Shown here: positions 18,987-28,400 of the stretch, one piece after another
Layout: every line of letters begins with the position of its first letter
How positions within the stretch are numbered: position 1 is the stretch's first letter
IMG/VR virus record: IMGVR_UViG_3300047160_020099
Coordinates: 97,937-161,936 of that record
Length of the DNA: 64,000 nt
Reading direction: 5' to 3' (one strand)
From: a virus
The notes under the pieces: generated by a model
Databases searched by the model: none
Seen by the model: only the letters and a program-made list of their open reading frames with translations
Told to the model about the DNA's origin: nothing
Translations under genes and position numbers: made by a program

Positions 18987-19684
18987 TCCTTTCTGACCTG
19001 CACCTTGGCGCCAGCGTCTGTCAGCAGAGCATGCTGGTCGGTTTTCTGGAGAACCTGAAGCCACCAACTCGCCTGATTCTCAACGGCGACGTTCTTGACA
19101 ACGACAAGCAACGACTCGGCAAGAAAAGCTGGCGTGTCTTGAGGTTGCTCAGTCGGATGGCCAAGCACTCACACCTGGTGTGGGTGGCTGGCAATCACGA
19201 CTTCAACGCCACGACCGTTGCTGGTATGATCGGTGCCGAGTTCGTTGACAGGTATTCCTTCGTCAGTGGCGGCAAGAACATCTTGTGCGTCCACGGCGAT
19301 ATGTGGGACGATTTCATCACAAACCGGCCATTCTTGACGGCTGCTGGCGATTACGCCTACTTCCTTCTGCAAAAACTCAGCCACGCTCTTGCCCGTGCCA
19401 TCAAACGACGGAGCAAGACGTTTCTCTGTTGCGCCGACAAGGTGCGTCGCGGGGCGTGCAAAGAGGCGCTGGATACAGATCACCAGATCGTATGTTGTGG
19501 GCATACGCATTGTGCTGAGGTGGTCCTTGATGGCCTGCCTACGGTTTACTGCAACAGTGGGTGCTGGACGGAGAACATCGCTCACCACCTCACTGTCGAT
19601 AAGGGTGTCGTTTCTCTGATCGAGACAAGAGCCAATGACCACGCCATTACCGGTGACCCTGCGGAAGTCAGGCACCCTTCTTGA
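18971..19684 (+). CDS. calcineurin-like metallophosphoesterase (LpxH/UDP-diacylglucosamine hydrolase-like)
   Basis: SDLHLG, LNGDVLD, GNHD, HGD, CGHTH and NSGCW motifs. Confidence 0.85.
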   Translation: MLDAVILSDLHLGASVCQQSMLVGFLENLKPPTRLILNGDVLDNDKQRLGKKSWRVLRLLSRMAKHSHLVWVAGNHDFNATTVAGMIGAEFVDRYSFVSGGKNILCVHGDMWDDFITNRPFLTAAGDYAYFLLQKLSHALARAIKRRSKTFLCCADKVRRGACKEALDTDHQIVCCGHTHCAEVVLDGLPTVYCNSGCWTENIAHHLTVDKGVVSLIETRANDHAITGDPAEVRHPS

Positions 19685-21230
19685 AGTCTCTATGACCGGC
19701 CGACCTGAACCGGGGGCGGAACTGACGCCCCCGGTTCGTTGTCTGCTTGAGCCAGTGCTCCGCTATCAGCACAAACGCTTTCTTTACGGTGAGGAGCGTC
19801 GGTGCAGCGTCACAGGCATCATGCAGCGGGTGGCCATACAGATGAAACAGCTGTACCGCTACGACCGTTATGGACGAATGGTGACCGGCTTCGGCTTCTT
19901 CAGACGGATCATCGATCTACTGCGGAAGGAAGGCATTGAGCCCAGATGCCTTACCGTGAGAAGTGACCGCGAGAAAGAGCGTGACACACTGCGTCCGCGG
20001 GCGTATGAGTATCACCCAGAGCTAGTCAGCCGTCATTTCGAGTTTCGTGCCCGTCAGCTAGACTGCCTGGATGCCATGGCCTACAACCCATGTGGCGTCA
20101 ACAAGGCCACGACTGGCTTCGGCAAGATGGTCCTGATCGTCATGGCCTGCCTGGCCTTCCCGCACGCAAAGATCCACGTCATCACCAAGCGCTGTGTACT
20201 GGCCAGAAAGCTCCATGCTTATCTCACCAAGTACCTGCCAGACATCGGCCTGGTAGGCGACGGCAGCAAGGACTACGGTCGTCGTATCACGGTCTTCACA
20301 TCAGGCAGCTTGCACCTGGCCTCGCCGTGGGACGCGGACATCATCCTATGTGACGAGGCTCACGAACTGCTGGCCGAAGATGCCAGCATGTACCTGGCCA
20401 AGTACGAGTTCTCCAGGAACTTCGCGTTCTCGGCAACACCAGGTGGCCGGCTGGACGGAACAGACATCCGCATGGAGAGCCTGTTCGGTCCAATCATCTT
20501 CAACCTGCCGTACTGGGAAGCCGTCGCGCTGGAGCTAGTCGTACCCATCCGCGTCGAGTGGTGCGACGTGTTCATGGAGAACAACCCGGCGGCTGATAAG
20601 GTCGATGTCAGAAAGAAGCGGTGGGGGCTCTGGCGCAATGCTTACCGGAACCAGCTCATCGCGGACAAAGCCAGGACTTTCAGCCCAGACGATCAGGTCA
20701 TGGTGCTGGTGGATACGGTGGAACATGCAGTCTTCCTGAAGAAGCATCTGCCAGAGTTCACCCTGGTATACGCTCCGAACGAGGTCAAGAAGAAGGAGAT
20801 GTACCTGCACCAGGGGCTGGTTCCAGAAGAAGACCTGGTGATGACGCCCAAGAAGCTGGCGGCCTATCACGCCGACTTCGAAGCCGGCACCCTCAAGAAG
20901 GTCATCACAACTGGCGTATGGGCAGTCGGCATTGATCCGGTGCAGCTCAAGGTCCTGGTGCGGGCATCTTCTGGCAGCTCGGAGATCATGGACATTCAGC
21001 CGCCCGGTCGTGTTTGCCGTCGCGTTCACACAGTTGACGACCTGAAGGAACAGCCGAGCCTCGACATCAAGGAGTGTGGCATCGTCGTGGACTTCTGCGA
21101 TCAGTTCGATTCGACCTTCGCGTCCGCAGCCAAGAAGCGTTTCTCACATTACAAGGCGATGCGATGGGAACAGTTCAGAAGCGCCCCCGAAGGCATGGTT
21201 CCGTTGAAAGGGCTTGGATACTGCCGATGA
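19635..21230 (+). CDS. superfamily 2 DNA helicase (UvsW/Res-like)
   Basis: TGFGK, CDEAH, SAT, GID and QxxGRVCR motifs. Confidence 0.88.
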   Translation: MTTPLPVTLRKSGTLLEVSMTGRPEPGAELTPPVRCLLEPVLRYQHKRFLYGEERRCSVTGIMQRVAIQMKQLYRYDRYGRMVTGFGFFRRIIDLLRKEGIEPRCLTVRSDREKERDTLRPRAYEYHPELVSRHFEFRARQLDCLDAMAYNPCGVNKATTGFGKMVLIVMACLAFPHAKIHVITKRCVLARKLHAYLTKYLPDIGLVGDGSKDYGRRITVFTSGSLHLASPWDADIILCDEAHELLAEDASMYLAKYEFSRNFAFSATPGGRLDGTDIRMESLFGPIIFNLPYWEAVALELVVPIRVEWCDVFMENNPAADKVDVRKKRWGLWRNAYRNQLIADKARTFSPDDQVMVLVDTVEHAVFLKKHLPEFTLVYAPNEVKKKEMYLHQGLVPEEDLVMTPKKLAAYHADFEAGTLKKVITTGVWAVGIDPVQLKVLVRASSGSSEIMDIQPPGRVCRRVHTVDDLKEQPSLDIKECGIVVDFCDQFDSTFASAAKKRFSHYKAMRWEQFRSAPEGMVPLKGLGYCR

Positions 21231-21679
21231 TACATACAGGAAGGCTGCCACGAGAGTCGTTGGTCATTCTTGCCAGTGTTATTTCTGGCGACAATCACAT
21301 AGAGTGTGATTTCGATGCCGTTGACTGGTTCGAGCAAGCGACCGACGAGGAGATTCTTGACGTTGATAGGACAGCGTGGAGCGATTCCTATCCAACGGAC
21401 GCTGTGGCCAGATACTGTGAAGACCAACCAGCAGTGGCCAAAGTATTCGAATACTTGGAAAAACACGCAGAAAGAGGCGAAGAGGCGACCTATGCGTGCT
21501 GGATCTCTCAACTCGATGCCATGACTTGGCTATGGGAAAACAGACCGTATCTCGCCAGGAGATTGAAACTGAAAAATGAAGAGCGTCGTGCTGTTTCTGC
21601 AAAACGCCTGGTCACGTCGGTGGGCCGGACGGAGGTGGCCGAGAGAGGACTGGTTGCAGGCATTGCACAGAAGCCATAG
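21227..21679 (+). CDS. hypothetical protein
   Basis: ATGA-coupled start MIHTG within ORF 21074..21679. Confidence 0.5.
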   Translation: MIHTGRLPRESLVILASVISGDNHIECDFDAVDWFEQATDEEILDVDRTAWSDSYPTDAVARYCEDQPAVAKVFEYLEKHAERGEEATYACWISQLDAMTWLWENRPYLARRLKLKNEERRAVSAKRLVTSVGRTEVAERGLVAGIAQKP

Positions 21680-22034
21680 CGGCAAGCGACTGGCTACTCT
21701 GACGGAATCAGCCGGCCCCGAGATAGAATGGTGGTTTGATAACACCACCCCGATTACAGGTGCTCGTTCCACCTCGGTTGTGGAACCAGACATCCGACAC
21801 GTAAAAGACGTGCTGGCCGAGCAGAAACCAGACTATGTCGTTGCCGCCGGCAAACAGGCAGCTAGTGTTCTGCGCCAGCTGGAAGTGGTGCCACTCATGG
21901 TGGTGCCACATCCAGCGTATAGGCTGCTAACCGATGACCTGTACTGGGAAGCCGGCCAGATCCTGCGAGCCGGTCTGGTAGGCTGCCGAGAATTACGCCA
22001 GGAACGTGGTGAAGTAAGGGTGCTCTATGCCTGA
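21576..22034 (+). CDS. stand-alone uracil-DNA-glycosylase-fold protein
   Basis: SGKRL, PDYVVAAGKQA and VPHPAYR resemble UDG-superfamily motifs. Confidence 0.5.
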   Translation: MKSVVLFLQNAWSRRWAGRRWPREDWLQALHRSHSGKRLATLTESAGPEIEWWFDNTTPITGARSTSVVEPDIRHVKDVLAEQKPDYVVAAGKQAASVLRQLEVVPLMVVPHPAYRLLTDDLYWEAGQILRAGLVGCRELRQERGEVRVLYA

Positions 22035-22686
22035 CGAAGCCACGACAGACCTTCTGGACGAGCTTGCCGAGCGTATACGCATGCTCTACTGGGCGGCCCA
22101 TAACCGCTTCATGGAGGCCACACAAGGCGTTTGCATGGGCAGACGTTGTCGGACCATGCCACAGTGGGATGGTGGCACCGACGCCCGTGGTGTCTGCCAC
22201 AAACCCATCTGGCCCAAGATAGCCTTACGTCTGCTGCACGACGACATACCTCCGGAGAAGGCTATTGCAGCTTTGTTCGATGCTGTTGTCGGTGCGCAAC
22301 CACCGTTTCCCAATCAACTGCTGTCGGACAATCTGACAGCGAAATTGAAACGACAGCCTGGCCATCAGCTAACCCAGGTACGCTATCGTTTCCAGGCAGA
22401 GCAGACAGCTGTCAAGCTTGAGCTGGGCATCTTGCGCAGAAACTCGTCACTGGACGATCGACTGATACAGCGCATGGTCCTTGTTAGCCGGAGTGTGCCA
22501 TTGAGTCCTTTATTCCGTTTCATCATGGCACTCCAAACCGGCAACCGGGACCTTGCGACTGACTACGAGTCGGCAGCGTTCTTTCAGTACCTGGGCCATC
22601 GTTCCCAGTACGACGAGATCTATGGCACGAACCTGCCAGGCGAGTTTCGTAGCAAGGCCGACCAGCTGCGTGGAATCGTAAGCTGA
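22027..22686 (+). CDS. hypothetical protein (in replication module)
   Basis: 219-aa ORF directly before the DnaB-like helicase. Confidence 0.65.
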   Translation: MPDEATTDLLDELAERIRMLYWAAHNRFMEATQGVCMGRRCRTMPQWDGGTDARGVCHKPIWPKIALRLLHDDIPPEKAIAALFDAVVGAQPPFPNQLLSDNLTAKLKRQPGHQLTQVRYRFQAEQTAVKLELGILRRNSSLDDRLIQRMVLVSRSVPLSPLFRFIMALQTGNRDLATDYESAAFFQYLGHRSQYDEIYGTNLPGEFRSKADQLRGIVS

Positions 22687-22700
22687 CGTGGGAGACTGAC

Positions 22701-24368
22701 ATGCCAGAGCACTTCTCATATGCGGAAACCCAGGCCCGCATGAGTCTGGAGCACCGCATCCAGTTACTTGCGCACCTGCTACGAGTCCCGGAGTTGTTTG
22801 TACAGGCTCGTTCTGTGCTGCGCGCCGAGCACTTCGGCGAGGTAGACGAACCACACTTGCAGATCATATGGAAGACGGCCGTCAAGGCAGCCAATGACCA
22901 TGGCTCGCAACGTTTGTTCATCAACTCGCAACAGACGTGGAATCTCCTATCCGCCGAGTGTCGAAGTTATGTGGCGGCCAATACTGCCGAAATGCCGGAG
23001 GAGTTTCATGCACAGCTCTTCGACCCCGCGGTAGGCGTACTCGCGTGGATCTTCGGCCTTATGAAGCCGGAAGAGATCAACATCACCTGGGGCCGCTCCC
23101 TCCTGGTCTCATTCCTGAACGAACGCTGGGTGCAAGACCCGGTACGTCAGGCAATGCTTGATGCCGGCGATCAGACGATCACCAATCTGCCCATCCTGTT
23201 TCGCGAGGCTGAGGAACGGCGGGCTACAGTCAATTCGCTGGCGGAAGACGAGTCTGAAGCTATCACACCAGAGTGGGTGCCGAGAGGCCTGAACAAGATC
23301 CCGACGGCTGTAGACTTCGTGGACGACATCCTGCACGGCGGTGATTGCTCGGGCGAAACATACGGCATCCTCGGTGCCTTCAAGGCCGGCAAGACTACCC
23401 TGGCAATCCAACTGGCTGTTGGTGCGGCTGCTTACGAGCTGGACCAGATAAGCCTGGCGGCTCAGGATCATCGGACGCATCAGGTGCGTTACCCACATCT
23501 CTTCCACTACGAAGCCGGCGCCGAGGAGATGAAAAGCCGAATCCTGGTGAATGCTGCCAGGATTCATCGCGAGACTGTCGAGAATTGGAATACTGCCCCA
23601 CTGTCGCGACAGGGACAGCTCAAGCCTTACGAACTGGAGACATTCCGAGATGAGATCAGAGCCATCGGTATAGCGAACGTGCCCGGCGAGTTCGAACGCT
23701 TTCATCAGCGGCAGGGCCTGATGAACATGATCCGCCTGCACGACATGTCTGGTCCAAAGAGTAACCCCAAACGTGGCAGCCGCGGCATTGCCGAAATTGC
23801 CGAACGTCTGGAGATCGAGACTCGTAAGGGACGCCCACCTCGCAGAGTGATCATCGACTATGCACAGTTGTGCGTGAAGCGGTTGATCCTTGAGAACAGC
23901 ATGCGGCAGGACATGTACTACCCGACATTGTCCAACTTCGGCTATGACTGCCTGCGCTCCATCGCCATCCCGTTTGACTGCCCGGTCTGGATCATGGGTC
24001 AGCTGAGCGGACAGGCGAACAAGCACACCTGGGCGACCAAGCAACACCATGCAGATGCGGCTGGCACAGCCAGCTTCGGCGAGAACCTGTGGTTCTGCTT
24101 CACGCTTAGTGTCAAGAACGAGCAGCACAATGCCATGTGGTTCAAGTGTGGGATCTCTCGTCGCACAGACGTGGGCGATCCGATCATTGTCCGACTGGAA
24201 GGCGCACTGGGCACCATCCGCCGGGCACCGGAGATTATCGAGCAAGGAGGGCGATTGATACTTGCGGCTGAGGCGACCAGTGATCTGCACCAACCGTCAC
24301 AGGGGCATGTTGCCCAGGCCGGCATGGTTATTGATCCACACGGCGGTATGCCAGGAGCTATCGAATGA
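22701..24368 (+). CDS. DnaB-like replicative helicase
   Basis: Walker A GAFKAGKT, VIIDYAQL Walker B, PVWIMGQLS; directly before the primase. Confidence 0.85.
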   Translation: MPEHFSYAETQARMSLEHRIQLLAHLLRVPELFVQARSVLRAEHFGEVDEPHLQIIWKTAVKAANDHGSQRLFINSQQTWNLLSAECRSYVAANTAEMPEEFHAQLFDPAVGVLAWIFGLMKPEEINITWGRSLLVSFLNERWVQDPVRQAMLDAGDQTITNLPILFREAEERRATVNSLAEDESEAITPEWVPRGLNKIPTAVDFVDDILHGGDCSGETYGILGAFKAGKTTLAIQLAVGAAAYELDQISLAAQDHRTHQVRYPHLFHYEAGAEEMKSRILVNAARIHRETVENWNTAPLSRQGQLKPYELETFRDEIRAIGIANVPGEFERFHQRQGLMNMIRLHDMSGPKSNPKRGSRGIAEIAERLEIETRKGRPPRRVIIDYAQLCVKRLILENSMRQDMYYPTLSNFGYDCLRSIAIPFDCPVWIMGQLSGQANKHTWATKQHHADAAGTASFGENLWFCFTLSVKNEQHNAMWFKCGISRRTDVGDPIIVRLEGALGTIRRAPEIIEQGGRLILAAEATSDLHQPSQGHVAQAGMVIDPHGGMPGAIE

Positions 24369-25432
24369 TGAGACCTGATTTGTACAGGAGGCTAGAACAA
24401 CGTTCACGACGCTACGGCTTCGGCAAGGTGCTTTTCGCCCACGAGAACGAAGCCATGAGTTGTCATTACGGCGCTGACAGCATAACAGGACGGCAACGAC
24501 TCATTGTCGATATGCCGGGTGAATACCTGCGAGTCAACTGCCCGTTCTGCACGGATACCCGGCACCGCCTCTGGATCAACTATCAGTGGGGTCTTTATGA
24601 TCCAAAGATAGGCACCCTCAACCTTTGGCTAGCTATCTGTTTCAATGAAACCGCGTGCATGGACAAGCCAGGGAAGCCTGAAGAGTTGTACCGGATCGTC
24701 TATAACGATGTCACCAACCGACGACAAGTAAGAGCGGGCGATACAGTCAACAAAGGCATCAAGGTAGACAAGGCAGCCATATGCCACTTCAGGCCGGCTG
24801 GCAACGTGCTGTATCCTCTTCACGTTTTGCCACCGCATCATCGTGCGTTGGCATATCTGCGTAGTCGAGGTTATGACCCGAACCAGTTGTCTCTGGAACA
24901 CGGCGTCTCTTATTGTGCGGATGCTAGCGCTGAATTTCCCAAGGCATTCGACAGGATCATCGTTCCAATTGTGATGCGTGGAGAACTGGTTGGTTGGCAA
25001 GGCCGGTACATTGGTGAGCCACCCAAGGGCGTGATGAAGTATTACAACATGCCCGGGATGCAGAAGATCAAATACTTGTACAACTTCGATGTTGCCTCAA
25101 AATACCCATTTGTGGTGTTGACCGAGGGAGTAACAAAGGTCTGGCGAATCGGTCCGGAGGCTGTGGCACAGTTCGGCAGTACGCTGGCTGGCTTTCAGGC
25201 ACATCTGATAGATGCGACGTGGCCGACCGTCGTTGTCTACCTGGACGGCAACGCCCACGAGCAAGCTGAACAGGCCTATTGCTCGTTGCGGGCCATGCCC
25301 AACCGTGTCAAGATCCTGCTACCACCAGGGCAAGAGCCTGGTGATTTCAGCCAGGAATATAATCGTGCGTTGATACTCAATGAAGCCAGAAAGCAAGGCG
25401 TAACGTTGCGAATGGACGGAGCAGAGATATGA
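24365..25432 (+). CDS. DNA primase
   Basis: CPFC zinc finger, YLxxRG, RIIVPI..GWQGR, TOPRIM TEG and YLDG. Confidence 0.88.
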   Translation: MMRPDLYRRLEQRSRRYGFGKVLFAHENEAMSCHYGADSITGRQRLIVDMPGEYLRVNCPFCTDTRHRLWINYQWGLYDPKIGTLNLWLAICFNETACMDKPGKPEELYRIVYNDVTNRRQVRAGDTVNKGIKVDKAAICHFRPAGNVLYPLHVLPPHHRALAYLRSRGYDPNQLSLEHGVSYCADASAEFPKAFDRIIVPIVMRGELVGWQGRYIGEPPKGVMKYYNMPGMQKIKYLYNFDVASKYPFVVLTEGVTKVWRIGPEAVAQFGSTLAGFQAHLIDATWPTVVVYLDGNAHEQAEQAYCSLRAMPNRVKILLPPGQEPGDFSQEYNRALILNEARKQGVTLRMDGAEI

Positions 25433-28400
25433 GTCCGTGGTCGAATACAGTCCAGACCGTCGAACCACCCGAGCAAGCCGGTGAAACCACCAAGGCGCTG
25501 CAGACGATCGGTTACGACATGATGGAGGTCTACCCGCTCACCAGCCCAGGTATGCCAATACCTGGACCTGATTTCGTGGCCCAGGCCGTTGGTATGGGTG
25601 ACGAGTACCCAGTGATCGAAGGCACCAAGCTCGATAAATGCGTGGTGGCCTGTGGGCCTAACCTGGAGGAGCTATACAAGCAGGCCCTCTACACCGTGGG
25701 TTTCGTGTTGCCGGTCAAGGTCAAGGGCCGTCAGGTCAACACGACGTTCATACCAGGCCACCTGTGGGGCAGCGATATGGCTGGCCCCAGGCCTGCCAGG
25801 GTCATGCTAGTAGGCAAGTGGCCAGGCCCACAGGAAGTGATCGCCAACCGGAACTTGGTGGGCGAGTCAGGAGCCATCCTCATCGAAGCTCTGGAGAGCT
25901 TCGGCATCTCCTGGGAAGAGTGGAACTCCTGGTACATTACCAACCTGGTCAAACACCCGAACGTGGATCCAGCCTCGCAAAAGCCGGCCCAGTCCATTGT
26001 TCGGAACTGCCTGCCACTTCTGTCCAATGAGCTACGTTTCGTACGGCCAGACTTCGTGCTGGCGATGGGTGCCGAGGCCTACACAGCTCTGGTCGGCAAG
26101 GGCGAGGGCTCGGTGTCTCAGGCACAAGGTCGGATCTTCGAGCGTTCCTGCTTTATCCTCGATCCGGACGGCGATGGCACAGAAGGCACCTACCACTCCT
26201 ACAAGGTGATGGGTTGCATCCATCCGGCAGCTGTAGCGCATTCCGCCGATTCACTGCCTGCTTTTCGTACAGGCATCGAGCACTTCGTCAACATGGTTCG
26301 CGGGCAGGTCAAGGAAACTCAACAAGAAGAACTGCATCACCAGCTGATCTACAACGAGGCACATCTGGCCTCTGTTGTTGACACCATCCTTGACGAGGAC
26401 CCGGCGCCGTGCGTGGCCATCGACTGTGAATGGCATGGCGAGTATCCAACGGAGCCAGGTGCCTGGCTCCGTACTGTCCAGTTCAGCCACAAGCCCGGAC
26501 ACGCTTACTGCCTTGTCTTGCGCGAGGCTGGAGGCCGGCTGGCATTCCGCAGTTCGATCAAATCAACCGTTCCACATCTACGACGGCTGTTGCTGGAAGG
26601 ACGTGGACCGAAGAAGCCACGGCTGATCGGACATAGCATACGTGCTGACTTGCCGTGGCTGACACTTGGCCTGGACCGAGAGCTTGGCAAGCAGTTGATT
26701 GAGGCCAGCAATGCGCCAGAGAACGTCATCAGTCCTGACGGCAAAGTCGTCGAGATGGGCTGGCGGCGAACCAAGGAAGAGGGTGGCTTCGACACGATGC
26801 TGGCTGCACACTCGATCAGGGAGACGGACGGCAGCTACTCCCTCGACATCCTCGGTTTGCAATACTGCGGTATTCCTCGTTACGACCAGGCCCTGCAGAA
26901 GTGGAAGGCAGAGTACTGCAAAACTAACCACATGGAGCTCAAGGAGCTTGATGGATACGGGATGTGTCCAGACGACATCCTTCATCCATACGCATGCCTT
27001 GACGCCGACGTGACGCAGCAACTCTTCCCCAAGTTCAATGGCGAGCTACTCGATCACGATCCATACGACAATGACAGCCGCATACCATTCTGGATCAGTA
27101 TGCGGGCTTCGCTCGGCTTCCTCGAAATGGAAATGACTGGGCTGCTGATAGACCGGCCTCGCGGCGAGAACTTGACACAGGTTTATCTGGATGCAAGAAA
27201 TCGGTTGCGACAGAAGCTAGAAGAGCTGTTCCAGTGGCCGGGCTTCAATCCCAATTCGGCACAGCAGTGCAAGGTCGCTCTCTTCGGCGAAAAGTTCTCC
27301 GACAAGCGTGACCCGGACACCGGTGAGCTGGTCAAGATCCAGCCGCCTGGTGCGTTGCTCTTGAATCTGCTGCCCATCAAGACTGCTGGCAAGCCATCCA
27401 AGGACTGGGAACTGGTCATCAGGAAGAAGCAGGAGCATCTCTTCGGGCCATCCACCGACAAGGAGGTACTCGGCGGGCTGATTACAAGACTCAGCCCTGA
27501 CACCAAGCGGGGAGAAGGTCCCAAGTTCGGTTTCGAACACGTCACGGCCCTTCGCAACTTTCGTTTCGCTGGCCAGGTGGTCAAGTCTGTCTTGCGGGCG
27601 CCTGTGGCTGAGAATACTCAGCACAACACGAACATCAATGAGGACGGGCAGCTCGAATACGAAGAGGGTGTCCTGTCGTGCATCCATGTTGACGGCAGGG
27701 TGCGTACGCATCTGTTCCAGACCAAGGAAACTGGACGTGCCTCTTCTGCCAGGCCACCCTTGCAGAACTGGAGCAAGCGTCGGGAAAAGGCCTACAAGGA
27801 CATCCTCGGCGAATCCTACCTGTATCCACTCCGGACCATGGCCATGGCCACGCCGGGATGGGTCTTCGTGGAGGCTGACTACCGCGGTGCCGAGCTGTTC
27901 ATGATGGCCATACAGTCCGGCGACCAGAAGATGATCGAGCACTGCTTGCGGGCCAATCTCCCTGATAGCGATCCCAACCAGTACGACATCCACAGCAACC
28001 TGGCAGTCAGAGCTTTCGGTCTGAAAGTTACTGACACAGTGCCCAATGACAAGAAGAAGAACCCAGACAAGCTGACAGCATCGCAGCTGTTGAAGCTGCC
28101 GGTCGGCTCGCCGCTGCCACCTACCAAGACAGCGCTGTGGGCCATCGGCATGCCACATATCCGCGATGTGACGAAGTGTGTAGCAGCTGGTTCACGACTT
28201 CTGACTGATCGAGGCTGGATCAGAGTAGAGGAGTTATGTGGTGCATTAGGCGCTGGCGGTTCCGCCGTCGGAGACGGTTCTGTCATTTCTGATAATGGCG
28301 TGACCCCTCTTGTCGGCCTGTATAACGGCGGCGTAAAGCCGTGTATAAAACTGACAGGTGAAGACGGCTACGAACTAATTAGCAGCGAGACTCACAAGTA

